From NCBI GenBank assembly GCA_964035545.1, contig OZ037767.1:2367680-2431679 (forward strand): a stretch of DNA of 64,000 nt. Reading direction: 5' to 3'. The notes beneath the pieces are model-generated. The model was not told the DNA's origin. It saw nothing but the letters and a program-made list of their open reading frames with translations, and did no database searches. This DNA comes from Bugula neritina. Its lineage: Eukaryota; Animalia; Bryozoa. The number at the start of each line of letters is the position of its first letter. Within the stretch, counting starts at the first letter, position 1. The translations under genes and the position numbers were made by a program. This document shows, in pieces, positions 40,851 to 52,800 of this stretch.

Positions 40851-43800
40851 TCAATTAATAGCAGTGTTAGTAGTATTGGGTAGTTTGTAGGTGAGAATCC
40901 CACCAACAGCTAGAATACCAGCTGTTAACAGTATTGGGACTGTACAGTCAACAGAAAGAAGTGCTCCCATTACAATGTTACCTGTGATTCCCGCCACCTT
41001 GTCAAACACCGCCCATTGCAATCCAACTGCCGTTGACCTAAAATCAATATTCACCTGTGTTTAGCTAATTTACAAAATCATCAAGTTTAAACAATATTTC
41101 ACAATAGATAAGTATAAAAAGTTAGGTTTTTAAACAGGGGCGAATCTCTTTAATTCAAGCTACTAATCAGATGTAGTGTATTGTGTGATGGTGAAATATA
41201 GTAACTATATTGTTTTGACTCACCTAGTGCTGGTAGGATATGACTCACCTAGTGCTGGTAGGATATGACTCACCTAGTGCTGGTGGGATACAACTCGGGG
41301 AGAGCCAGTGCCAGTGTATCCCACGAGACAGTACTGATGAAGATGTAGCCACATGACATCACAACACTTCCTGTTTGACTCGATATAAACCATAAACAGA
41401 ACACGCTGACTGCATTCAGTATGAGAGAAGAACCTGGAAGATAAGCAGAGACTTTATATCAATCTAGTTAGCAGGACGTGAGTCAGACAACTCAACACAT
41501 GTCCAACTTAATATGTATTGAAATTAATTAGCTACTATAATTCCAGTGAAGATTTACAACATTCTCTTTACCAAGAAGTAACTTTCTTCCTACAGTATCT
41601 ATCAGTAGCAGGTATACAACGTGACCAGGTATATTGGCCGCAGCTTGTATGAATGTGTCAATATACACCGAGGTTTGATCAGTGTTGTCACACTTCGTCT
41701 TATTGGACGGTGCTATTGGCCCTCCGCATACAGAGGTGGCGTCTGATTCGTCCATTCGTTGAATCATTATAGGAAACCACATGACTAAACCATAGTAACT
41801 ACAATAGTTTGAAATATCATTGGTAGTATTATTAATAAAACCCTGCAACTTTGATTTTGAATTTGTGAGTTACCCTTTCTCTTTTAAGACAAATTCAAAC
41901 TAGCAAAAGTGAAAAGAATAATTCTTTAAAACCCATTACTGATTACATCAACCAAACCTCCATTTAAGTTTGAGACGCAAGTTTTATGTAAGTATTTTAC
42001 AAAATAACTTGCGCTATCACCTCTAAATTCCATTTAAGACTCAAATATTTCCATCCTGTTCTTAATGTATAGAACATGTATAGTACATTGCTAGCTCTGT
42101 AGATACCCAAACATTTAGGACTGAAAAACCCATTGTGCTTATAGATCAGACTAACCTGAAGGCTAAACCAGACAGAATAGTGCTGCTTAGAAGAAATCTT
42201 TTCCTTATCTCTGGTGTGGTAAAAATTTCCAGCATCGTTCTGCCTATCTGTATAAACAGGCCAGTAAATATCTGGTAGAGAGAGAGAGATTGAATGACAG
42301 TAATCATAGCAGCATAAACGCTGTCGAACAGAAAATACTGGATTTAGCGTATCAAGTACAAACCTTTTTTAAAACATTACCGCCTTCATTATTGCTCATT
42401 CTCTGAATTTCAAAATCATCCTGAAAAGAGAGATCTATAAAAGTGAATCATTAAATCACGCAACTTTTAAAAACTTATAAGTAGAGATAGTTATAATATA
42501 TAATATAATATATAATACAATATAAAATAATATAATATATAATATAGTATATAATATAATATATAATATAATATAATATATAATATAATATAAAATATCA
42601 TATATTACACAATAAATATGTGTAAAACAGCAAATTACCTGGAGAGGTGGTGAATTCTTGTTCTTTTCATAAATATATTTGATAACCGCCTTGGCTTTAG
42701 ACATCTTATTGGCCTAGCAGATGAACCAGTATCATTACTATACTATTGTTAATATCATTGTTATAACGGAATATCAAAACTTGAGTCTGAATAGCGACAG
42801 CTATTGTAACAAAGTCCAGAATATAATTCATCCACATTTATTACCAACTCTTAGAATAATTGGAATTTAGGAACCTGCCTTCACAAGATAGCGTGGGCTC
42901 TCTGGTAGAGTCAGTAACAAGGGTACGGAGGTTATAGGAGGTACACCCGTAATTAGAAGAAATAATCTCCAGCTATTAAATGTAAATCCTCCTGTAGACC
43001 AGCTCCATTCTTCATGTGGTATGATCAGCCAGGCCAAACCTGTTCAACCAAACACAAAGCAGCTATTAGAATTTAATTGGAATAGTAAACATCATTAACA
43101 GACTTCCTGTGTGAAGGGAATAGACTAAGCTCACACCTGCACAGAAAAGTGACGTTGCAGCATTGCATGAATTAGGAATGAAGAGAAAAAATTAATGCGC
43201 CCATCATGTTTAATAGGAACCAAAACCTTAAAAACTATGTTTATACAATTAATATATTGAGAATAACCAGAAAGTCTAAATATAAATTATAATGATATCA
43301 AAATAAATAAATAGGCTGTTATTCTGATGTTGTTTACAAACTTAACATCAAAACATAGTCCACACACAAAACATAGATTCAGAAATCAGAAAATACTGAA
43401 TATGTTTAATGCTGAGGATTGTAGTAAATTCTACTGCTTTGTCATCAAATCTTTCAATAAACCATTACTATTACATAAGCTATGTTGACATCAAATTTGT
43501 AATATTTTATCATATTATATTATATTATATTATACTACCTTGTAAGTTGTAATATATCATAATATGTTTTCACTTGCATAAAAAGAAATAGCACAATGAT
43601 TGAAAAGTTTAGCTGCTGAAGCTTTTTACTAAAATAAATTTTACCAAGTAAAGCTTCAAACACCTCACCTGCTACAATCAACAGTCCAGCAGAAAAACCA
43701 GCTGTGACGGTGATTATGTAACGCCCTCTGCTCTTCATGGGGAGAAACTCAATGGCGTAGGTGAAGATCACACAGGTGCTGCCCCCTAATCTGCAGCAGA

Positions 43801-46440
43801 CAAAATATACAGGTATTCTCTCTCTAACGTGCAATACATTTGTAATAAACTAAAAAACAACTTTATAGACGAAATCTTATAAACTTACAATGACATTATG
43901 TCTGAAACCCTGTTGCTTCAGCATTTGATCAAAATTATAGCATAAATTTTAAAAATCTAAATTGATTAACCTGGAAACTTGAAACTCTGAATCTAATTCT
44001 TATAAAATAAGGGAGGGGTGAACATACCCGAAACCAGACAGAGCCTTGGTTAGCGTCAGGACCCACAGGCTTTGACTGGCTGCACTTCCAACAGTGAATA
44101 AACCGTTACAGGCCTGACATAGTACGAGAGCTGGAAGCCTTCCGTGTGTGTCAGCCAGGGTACCGCAGACGTAGGACCCGACCAGCATGCCTACAAGCAC
44201 CATAGTAGTTGTTAGACTAAGTTCTATTTAGCTACAAGCCTCATAGTAGTTGTTAGACTAAGTTCTATTTAGCTACAAGCCCCATAATAAATATTAGATT
44301 GGGTTCCACTTATCTAAAACCCTCGTAGTAGTCATTAGACTCAGTTCTACTTACCTACAAGCCCCATAGTAGTTATTAGACTGAGCTCCAAATCAGTAGC
44401 ATCGAGTTCACAGGAGGCTGGGGGCATGATATAGGACATGCTCGTATAACCAAGGGCATCAGCACAATGAACCCAGGCTAACACTAGCAACAGCCATGCG
44501 TGGAACCTACCCACCCCTAAAGGTGGACAAGATACAGGTATGAAAATTAGGTTATTTATAATATATTGAAACAATTATGCTATGATAAAATACAAATAAT
44601 ATGTCACATAATTTTACACATTAGCTGAATCTTTAGTACAGTAACCAAAAACTGCTTTGCTTCTATCACAGATTTACATAATCTAGTCGCTGTAAGCAAA
44701 TATTGTCGACAATCATACACAAGTTGTATAAGTGAAAAAGTTCAACAGAGCTGAATGTAAGACTAACAGCAGCTGACAGAGAATTTGACTATTTCAAGGG
44801 TTTTGGGTGTTGGAGGTAGAGTTATGTTAGTCATCAGTTAGAGATGTGTTGCAACAGATCAAGACACAAGAGAAAATAACTCCTTAAGACACCACAATTG
44901 TAGTAAGAGGGTTTTGTCAGTAAATTTGAGAAACTATTAGTTTTTATGTATAATAATCATCAATATAATAATATAATATAATAGTATAATCTAATAGTAT
45001 AATCTATTACAAATCATAAAATAAATAAATATGATGGTGAATAGATGGGGCAGCTATATTCTATAGGTGAAAGGTCAATCAGTGTGTTATAACAGATTTC
45101 AATACATGAAAAAATCACTACTTAACAGTATCAAACATTAGTAGGTGCATCAATTCACTCTATAATATGTGAGAGAATCAAACTGATGTTACCATCTCCG
45201 CCATGTTGAACCTGCAACACATTAGTTACCTAGTTATATGAAGACACTATGGTATACCATGTATCTCGATATTATTCACTGCAAAAATTATTCTTTTACA
45301 CCATTTATTGAGCTATAATTTCAATCAGTTGAAATGTTGAGTTTATGTTTCATCAACAATGAAAAAATCCACCGGGTCAGAAAATACTCTAGTATAAATA
45401 TTAAGTATACAAATCTTCTTGTTAGTTAGATTTCACTAACCGGTCATTTCTATGGCCTCATCAAGTGTTAGATCAGAGTTATCGTCTCCTTGCTTAGTAT
45501 TAGAGTTAATACTAGAGTAGCTAGAATCTAGAAGACAGAGGAAGTGTTACTATGTATTGTCTAGAGTTGAGATAATATTGAATGTAACACTATTTGAACA
45601 GCTATAATCAAATGAGATATATTCGTATTATTATGATATTATAGTTATCATTATATGCATGAAAATGATGACCATGGTGAATATAAGTATGATGATTATA
45701 AAGCTATATATTTGCCATAAAAATGCTCAAAAGATAAGAAGGTAAAGCAGTTTTGTGTGAACAGTTGAAACAGTGAACTTTTAAAAAAATTAATAGCTAT
45801 CTTAAATTTTCTCCGCCTCAAAGTATTCACTACTAGATTTATAAGGGAAGACAATAAAAGTTGTAGAATATTGAAGATATATTCTACTGGTTAGTAAACA
45901 GCTGCCCTTGACTATACTCTATCTACTTTGTTAAGGGAGACCAACAGACACAAAGAAACTATCTCATTAGAATATTATGTTAATTGCCTTTATCTAAAAC
46001 ACTTTTAGATAAGTTGAAAGTTGAAAGAAATGAATACACTTCCATGAGAAGAATTAATGCATATCTGCTATACAAGTCAATTGTATTTTATTGCGAATCG
46101 CTAGAAGCAGCACAGATTTGGGAGTAACTGAGTACAGTATCAATATACACAGCATTGCCCGAACTCCAAACCCTCCAACCACTGCACTTAGTGACCACCA
46201 ACTCGGAGCTGCTTCATCATTTTATAATCGGTCACGCTTCATATTTGACAATGGTATATAACATTTATTAACATTCATTGGAGCATAGCCAAAGTCATGT
46301 GACACGTTCTTTACTGAACTGCTCCCTTGTCGAAATGACTGAAATCACAAAGACAACTTAGTCAAAGTGAGTGTACAGCACTTACGTCCGGGGCTAATGA
46401 TGAGCACTTCCGTCTCGTTGCTACTGTCAATGTTATCCAT
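40851..46440 (-). CDS. SV2/SVOP-like MFS transporter, paralog B, 12 exons
   Basis: Exons 46440-46386, 45527-45441, 44516-44355, 44190-44028, 43790-43669, 43039-42879, 42713-42639, 42420-42364, 42247-42156, 41798-41572, 41433-41274, 41037-40851; same phases and similar sizes as A; motifs LTLDEAIEMTGVGRFH, GTLADTHGR, PESPRYL, SYYGLVMWFP. Confidence 0.88.
41216..41290 (-). repeat. 25-bp triplication of exon end plus donor (ATCCYACCAGCACTAG|GTGAGTCAT)
   Basis: Donors after 41274, 41249 and 41224 on the minus strand. Confidence 0.93.
44191..44385 (-). repeat. 41-bp tandem array that makes up an entire intron
   Basis: Unit starts (plus strand CTACAAG) at 44191, 44232, 44273, 44314, 44355; intron 44191-44354 = 164 bp = 4 x 41. 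Confidence 0.93.
46100..46215. mobile_element. Diverged inverted copy of the 4012-4175 element
   Basis: GCTAGAAGCAGCAC...CGAACTCCAAA...CCAACCACTGCACTTAGTGACCACCAACTC..GCTGCTTC aligns to the reverse complement of about 4022-4159. Confidence 0.7.
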
Positions 46441-49400
46441 GTTTGTTGCTAAGATGGTTGAAATCTCAAGCTAACGTCCTACAAGATGACATTATCTCTA
46501 TTATAGCGACGTTAAGTATATAGAATGCAAACACCGCATTACCAACAGAGAATTTGTTACAGTGTAATCCATGAGAATATTGTTACATCACGAATAGCTA
46601 AGCTACCAAAGCTTCCTTTTTCTGGCCAGGCCAGACACTCAGTATGAAAGCCCTGGGCTTAGCTATTTGGTGGATGTAAAAGCTACTAATCAGTATACAT
46701 TTAATCGTAATACTGGTAGGCAAGGAAAGCTAGTGGCCAAATGATGTCTTACAGTTTAGATTTGATGGCCCTTTGAGTTTAACTTCAGATGCTAACAGTG
46801 AGAGAAACTTATACAATTCATTCTACCAAAAACTCAGTGAAGCAAAAACAAGTGCAGCTGCCAAAATATAATACCAAATGTCATTACAAAATAGTATATA
46901 TGACAAATGACAAAATCCAAGCATAGCCAAAGCAATAATGGTGTAAAATGTAGTATAACATGTTATATATATATTTACAAATCTAGTTGGGAATTTTTTT
47001 AAAGAGTAAATAAAAAATCTGCAGCCTTACAAATAAACAAGAATTCTTAAAAAAATAGAAATTCAAACAGATTTACAAGAAGTATACAAAGATTCCTTCC
47101 TACGGCCTGTCTTCAACAACAACCAATACAATTGGCAGGACTAAACGACCCCAAAATACTGATTAATTATCATGGGTGTTTTTATGTTCTTATGAGTCCA
47201 AGTTGGAACTTTAGAGAAATCTGAGTAATATTGGTTCACCAAACTTCAGTGGTTAGGAGCTGTTCATGATAAAGCAATCAGCTGCACCAATGAATCTAGA
47301 CAGCCAGTATAATTGAAAGAACTTGGAGCTTTGTGGTGCATGTCAAAAGTTTAATAGCAAATGATAGATAAGTTCTAGCATAAGATTTAATAACTATCAC
47401 CCCACAAGCTGATCTTTCAATTACTACAAGTTATGGAAGGAAAGGAACACTAAAACAGTGCCAGACATGCATTTTTGAGCAAACAGATAAAGTAACTTCA
47501 TTCAGTTCCAGCCAGTTATACCCAATTTTATGCCAAATGACATAAATTAATCTACAAATGCTTATGATGATGATTACAATAACTGTAGTGTTCCCTCTGT
47601 ATCCCACTAAAACTTTATTTATGGTTATATGTATATAATAAAAGTTAAATCCTGTTTTATAGTGATGATATGCATTCAGTTGTTAATATTGTAATTTGTG
47701 AGACAATTATATAATTTCACATTTTAGTATTCCTATTACACTTACTCAACATATTATGAAATCATTACTATTTATTTCATAAATATATTATAATTTACTA
47801 TTAATTATGGAAGAATAATATTAGTAGTAATACTAATAGTAATAGATAAAACATAACAGTCATAGAATTACATTAACCTTTCTTATAGTTGTGGTCACAG
47901 TGATATTGATAGTGATAGTCCTTCTAATGATTACTATATTAATAATTATCATATTGATATTCACGATCATAATGACTAATGAGTCTCGAGAGTTGACTAC
48001 TAGAGCTGTTGATTGTAATTATCATTTTTATTTTACGATTAGTCAGACAGAGACTGTCACACTCACAGTCACTGTGACTCTGATCATACTCATTGAGTCA
48101 TTGTTAAGGTTTCGCACCAATAGAACATAAAAACTGCCAACTATGGAAGGTAAACTATTTAATGTAAGCATAACACATACAATTTAAATTCGACTTACCA
48201 GTTTACCGCTTAGTTGGAGTAAGAGTTTTATTTGAAATTGCCACTTTTACTTTACAATTACTAGGTTTGAGGTAGAATTCAACAGTCACAGTGACACTCA
48301 CTTACTCTTAGTCGATTGATATCATAACTAATGATTATGATATTGGAGAAAAACTACTAGCAAATATGAGGTAGTTAACTTTATCGTTGAAATAAATGTC
48401 ATAAGAGAATAATTAACGATCACAATCAATTTAAGTTGAGATTCACCAAAGCGTGAAAACAAAGCACGATTTTTATCCACACGTTAACACAGCTGTAGTG
48501 GTCACCGACGTAGTAAACATTGGAGTAATTTTATTAGCAGTAGTTGTACTGTTGTTTTTGCATTTTAACGTGGTGTTTCTGAAAATCCCGTTTTCTTGTA
48601 AATTAAAATATTGGGAGCAACTTCTAAACATTGTGAGAGTTTGATTGGAATAAAGTGAAAGGTTATATAAGAATTTGACCAATCAGCCATGACATACTAT
48701 CACGCTCGCGAAACGTAATCACGTGCTTTTCATGCTTCAACAACGTGGTATAGGGAAAACCAGTGAAATTGGTGTGCAGAGTTTACATCTTAGATAAAGT
48801 CGATATCTTTATTTCAATATATCCGTAGTATGTAGGGCCACAAGACTTCAATTATTATCGCATTTCATTTAATATATAATAACTTCAATACTGAAATAAT
48901 GATATTGGTATTATGCCATAAAGGTTCATCAGACATATTTGTGCGGAGCATTCGTTCTACAATGCAGTAAGTATGCATGTGTTGACAGAATGAGCAATCA
49001 ATATTGAATATCTACAATATTGCTTTTACCTTTAAATAGCTTACTGCTTTAAATAGCTTTCAGCTCTAAAACTAATTAAACAAGTTATGACATGCTAGAA
49101 AGTTACAATTATAGTAAAAATCAGTAGTCTTGATTAACCATATATAATATAGATAGTTTTATAATAGTCTGTTGAGCGAAGTCCAGTGGAAAATTTGATT
49201 AAACTTCTGTGAACAAAACAATTAGTGAATGATGAAGTATTTTATTGATAATTTCTCTTTCATCCAAATTTAATCACTAAGCCAGATGTATTCAACGTGT
49301 ACTGATCTTTTGAACTTTGAGTTGAACTAAGTCCAATTGGATAAAGTCAAAGGGTAATAACTAGTCATTGTTACATAGATTATGTGATAACCAGGGTAGT

Positions 49401-49844
49401 TACAACAGAAATATTTTATTATAGCAATAATATGGGTTGACCGATGTTATCTATATTTATATCACAACTCTCAAAACACAGAATGAAAGCTGATTCTGCA
49501 GTTATCAATAACTTCCGAACTATAATACTAAACTAGAATTTTATTTTAAAAGGTTGCTATCTTTCAAAATAGTACCCGAAAATTCCATATTAAAATATAG
49601 AACCAATAAAATGTAGATGCTTGCAATTTTTTATCACATTGCAAAATCACAGATTATAAAATAACATAATAAAGTATAAAATATCTTATTGCAAATAATA
49701 AATTATAAAACTAAGTGGGAATATAAAAAGTACAGTATAAAAACTAATTATAAAACCTGATATAAATAAACAATAATTATCTAATATTTTGATTATCTTC
49801 ACAGAACGGTATATAATGAATGTTATACTGGGAATGTATAGAAA

Positions 49845-52800
49845 CTAGTTGATAGGTATGTTAGTAGTGTCAGGTAACTTGTACGTCAGCACAGCACTGG
49901 CAGCTAACAGACCAGCTATTAATAGAATTGGGACAGCGCAGTGGGTGGATAGAAGAGCCCCCATTATTATATTGGCAAGCATTGCAGGAACCCTTAAGGC
50001 TAAGGCATTCTGTACACCCCTAGCAGTTGACCTACAGCACAGGTGAAACACAAACATTGTAATATATATAGTAGCATAATACTATGAAACCCTACATTAC
50101 ATATCAACAGTACTTATAGCCATAATATAAGTAATTACATTTGAATTCTTAAACATGATTTGATTGGTTGGTGAAATCAGCTTACTTGACCTTGATGACC
50201 TTGATGCAATTGTGGGCATATAAAAGCCTCACCTGACTTTAGAGGGAAAGATTTCAACAGTCACCAAGGCTATGGCATCCCAGGTAACTATAGTAACACC
50301 AGCAAAGACGCATGACATCACAATGCTTCCTGTTGGACTGGACACAAGCCATATAAAGAATACGCTAATTGCAGTCAGTACCATAGACACACCTGAAAAC
50401 ATGAGCTGAACTGTAGAAACATGTAATCTTAATATTCTATGCAACATTTAATATGGTTATAATATAATTTAATGCAGTATAATAATATATTTAAATAATA
50501 GAGTAAAATAATATTATATAATAATATACTACATTAGCCAAACAATGCTGCATATTTTGGTTTAAGATGTTGGAAGAAAGACCTTTGAGCTCTGCACATG
50601 ACTGAAGTAGCTGGTATAAGCCTACAGGTCAAAGCTGAGTTGGCGTTATCCCACTTTTGATTGGCTTGCAGCCAATATTATTAACCAATAAAAACAGAGC
50701 CGGTGATTTCTTCTTACCTATGATGGGCTTACGGCCAACACTATTGACCAATAGAAAGTAGATCAGGTGACCAGGGAGGTTAGCTGCAGCTTGTAGAAAC
50801 GTGTCAAAATATACTTTAGTTTCATCGGAGAAGTCACACCGCGTCTTATTGGATGTCAAGGACGTCACGGCACAGACAGACGTAGCCTTAGCTTCATCCA
50901 TGCGTTGTATCATTGTTGGGAACCACATGGTCAGCCCGTAGTAACTACATCAACAAGTACTCCGCTAAACTTACAGAAAATATGCATCAAAACATTCAAA
51001 ATAATTGTGAAAAGTATGTTAATTTACAATAGCCGCCAAATTTAAAAACAAACACTAAAATTAGTCATAAAATTTGAACAATGTGAAGCTGAGATAACAG
51101 CGCGCTCCACATAAAAATAAAATATGCATAATTTTCCACTTCAAAAATTGTTTTAACTATAACAAAACGAATATTTATAAAAAAGCTGCCAAAATACGTT
51201 ACAAGTGAATTAACTACTAATAGTAAGATCTGCAATATAAATATTCAGAATTGTCTGCTCTATATTTGCTAAGATTATTTAGAAAGCATTGATTTTATTC
51301 AAATAATCAAATTTCTATCCTATAAATATAATATCTTTATTTAGTAAAATAATGCCTAAACATTAATTTTCCTTGACCAATTATCATCACAGTTGTGTAT
51401 ATTAACAGGATATAGATTAATGGTATATAAAACAGCCTACCAACCTGAAGGAGAGACAAAACAGAATGGTACTGCTGAGCAGAAACTTAAATCTTAATTC
51501 TGGAGATTTGACAAGATGAAGTGTATTCTTAGCAACCTGCAAGCACATGTCACTGCACTACAGATGTCACTACATGCATGCCACTCTACTACACATGTCA
51601 CTCTACTACACATGTCACTTTACTGCACATGTCACTTTACTACACATGTCATTTTACTACACATGTCACTTTACTACACATGCCACTTTACTACACATGT
51701 CACTTTACTACACATGTCACTTTACTACACATGTCACTTTACTACACATGTCACTTTACTACACGTGTCACTTCAGTATACATGTCACTTTACTACATAA
51801 GTCACTTTATTACAGACTGCAGAAAAACTTTCAACAAACCATTTCTATTATTACATTGCAAGCAAGCCTCCAAACAACACTTTCACATGCTGTCACTAAA
51901 AAGTTATTACTATAGTCACAACATGATCACATGGCCAACAGTAGCTAACTAGTTCCAATATACATCATGCACCTTTTGTTTAAAATAATAAAAAGACTTG
52001 AAACTCATAGGCTGGCATAATAAAAATGACCTACAGGGCACCTAGCACTGAGTGTCATGGTCTAAGCTACTCTCCATTCCAATGCCCAGTGATTTTACCT
52101 GTTTAACTGAAGCGCAGCACCGGGAGTTGGCAAGTTCACCTTCAACCTCACATTGTATTGTGTAAGTGCTCTGAAATTAGTAGCCAAGAAACTAATTGTG
52201 GCACCAGAATGTATATAAAATAAATTATCAATCAACAAAACGAATTGTTTGCAACTTTGTGCTCAGAGATATTATGAAAGTTTATTACAAATGTCTGAAC
52301 ATAGAGATAGCAAACATCACTCACATCGTATGCTTTCTTGGGTTGGTTTTTCCGGAACATGTACCTGATAACGCTTTTCGCTTGTGTAATTTTATTAACC
52401 TGCAATGGTAAAATGTTAATAGTGCGTGCAGAGCAGAGGAAAGATAACTTCCAAAATTCTTCACACACCTTTCAATTGCCATATTAGAAGTGGATATTTA
52501 CCATTTTAGGTATACAATGCAAATACCAGATGTTGAGAATTATCATACCAGCTACCACCATCCAATCAGATGCAAGGTTTAAACTATTGATAGAGAATGT
52601 CACTTTACAATGGAAAGGGCTACTTTTTAAGACCTATTTTAGGAATACAACTCTTGAAATTACAAAAAGTAATTAGTACTGTGTAGTCCCAGAACTTATG
52701 CCTGAAGTGTTTACCTGCACCAGGTAACGAGGACTTTCAGGAAATAGCATGAAGAAGAACAAGGAAAGAATTATGGGTACAGAGGAAATGAGTAAGAAGA

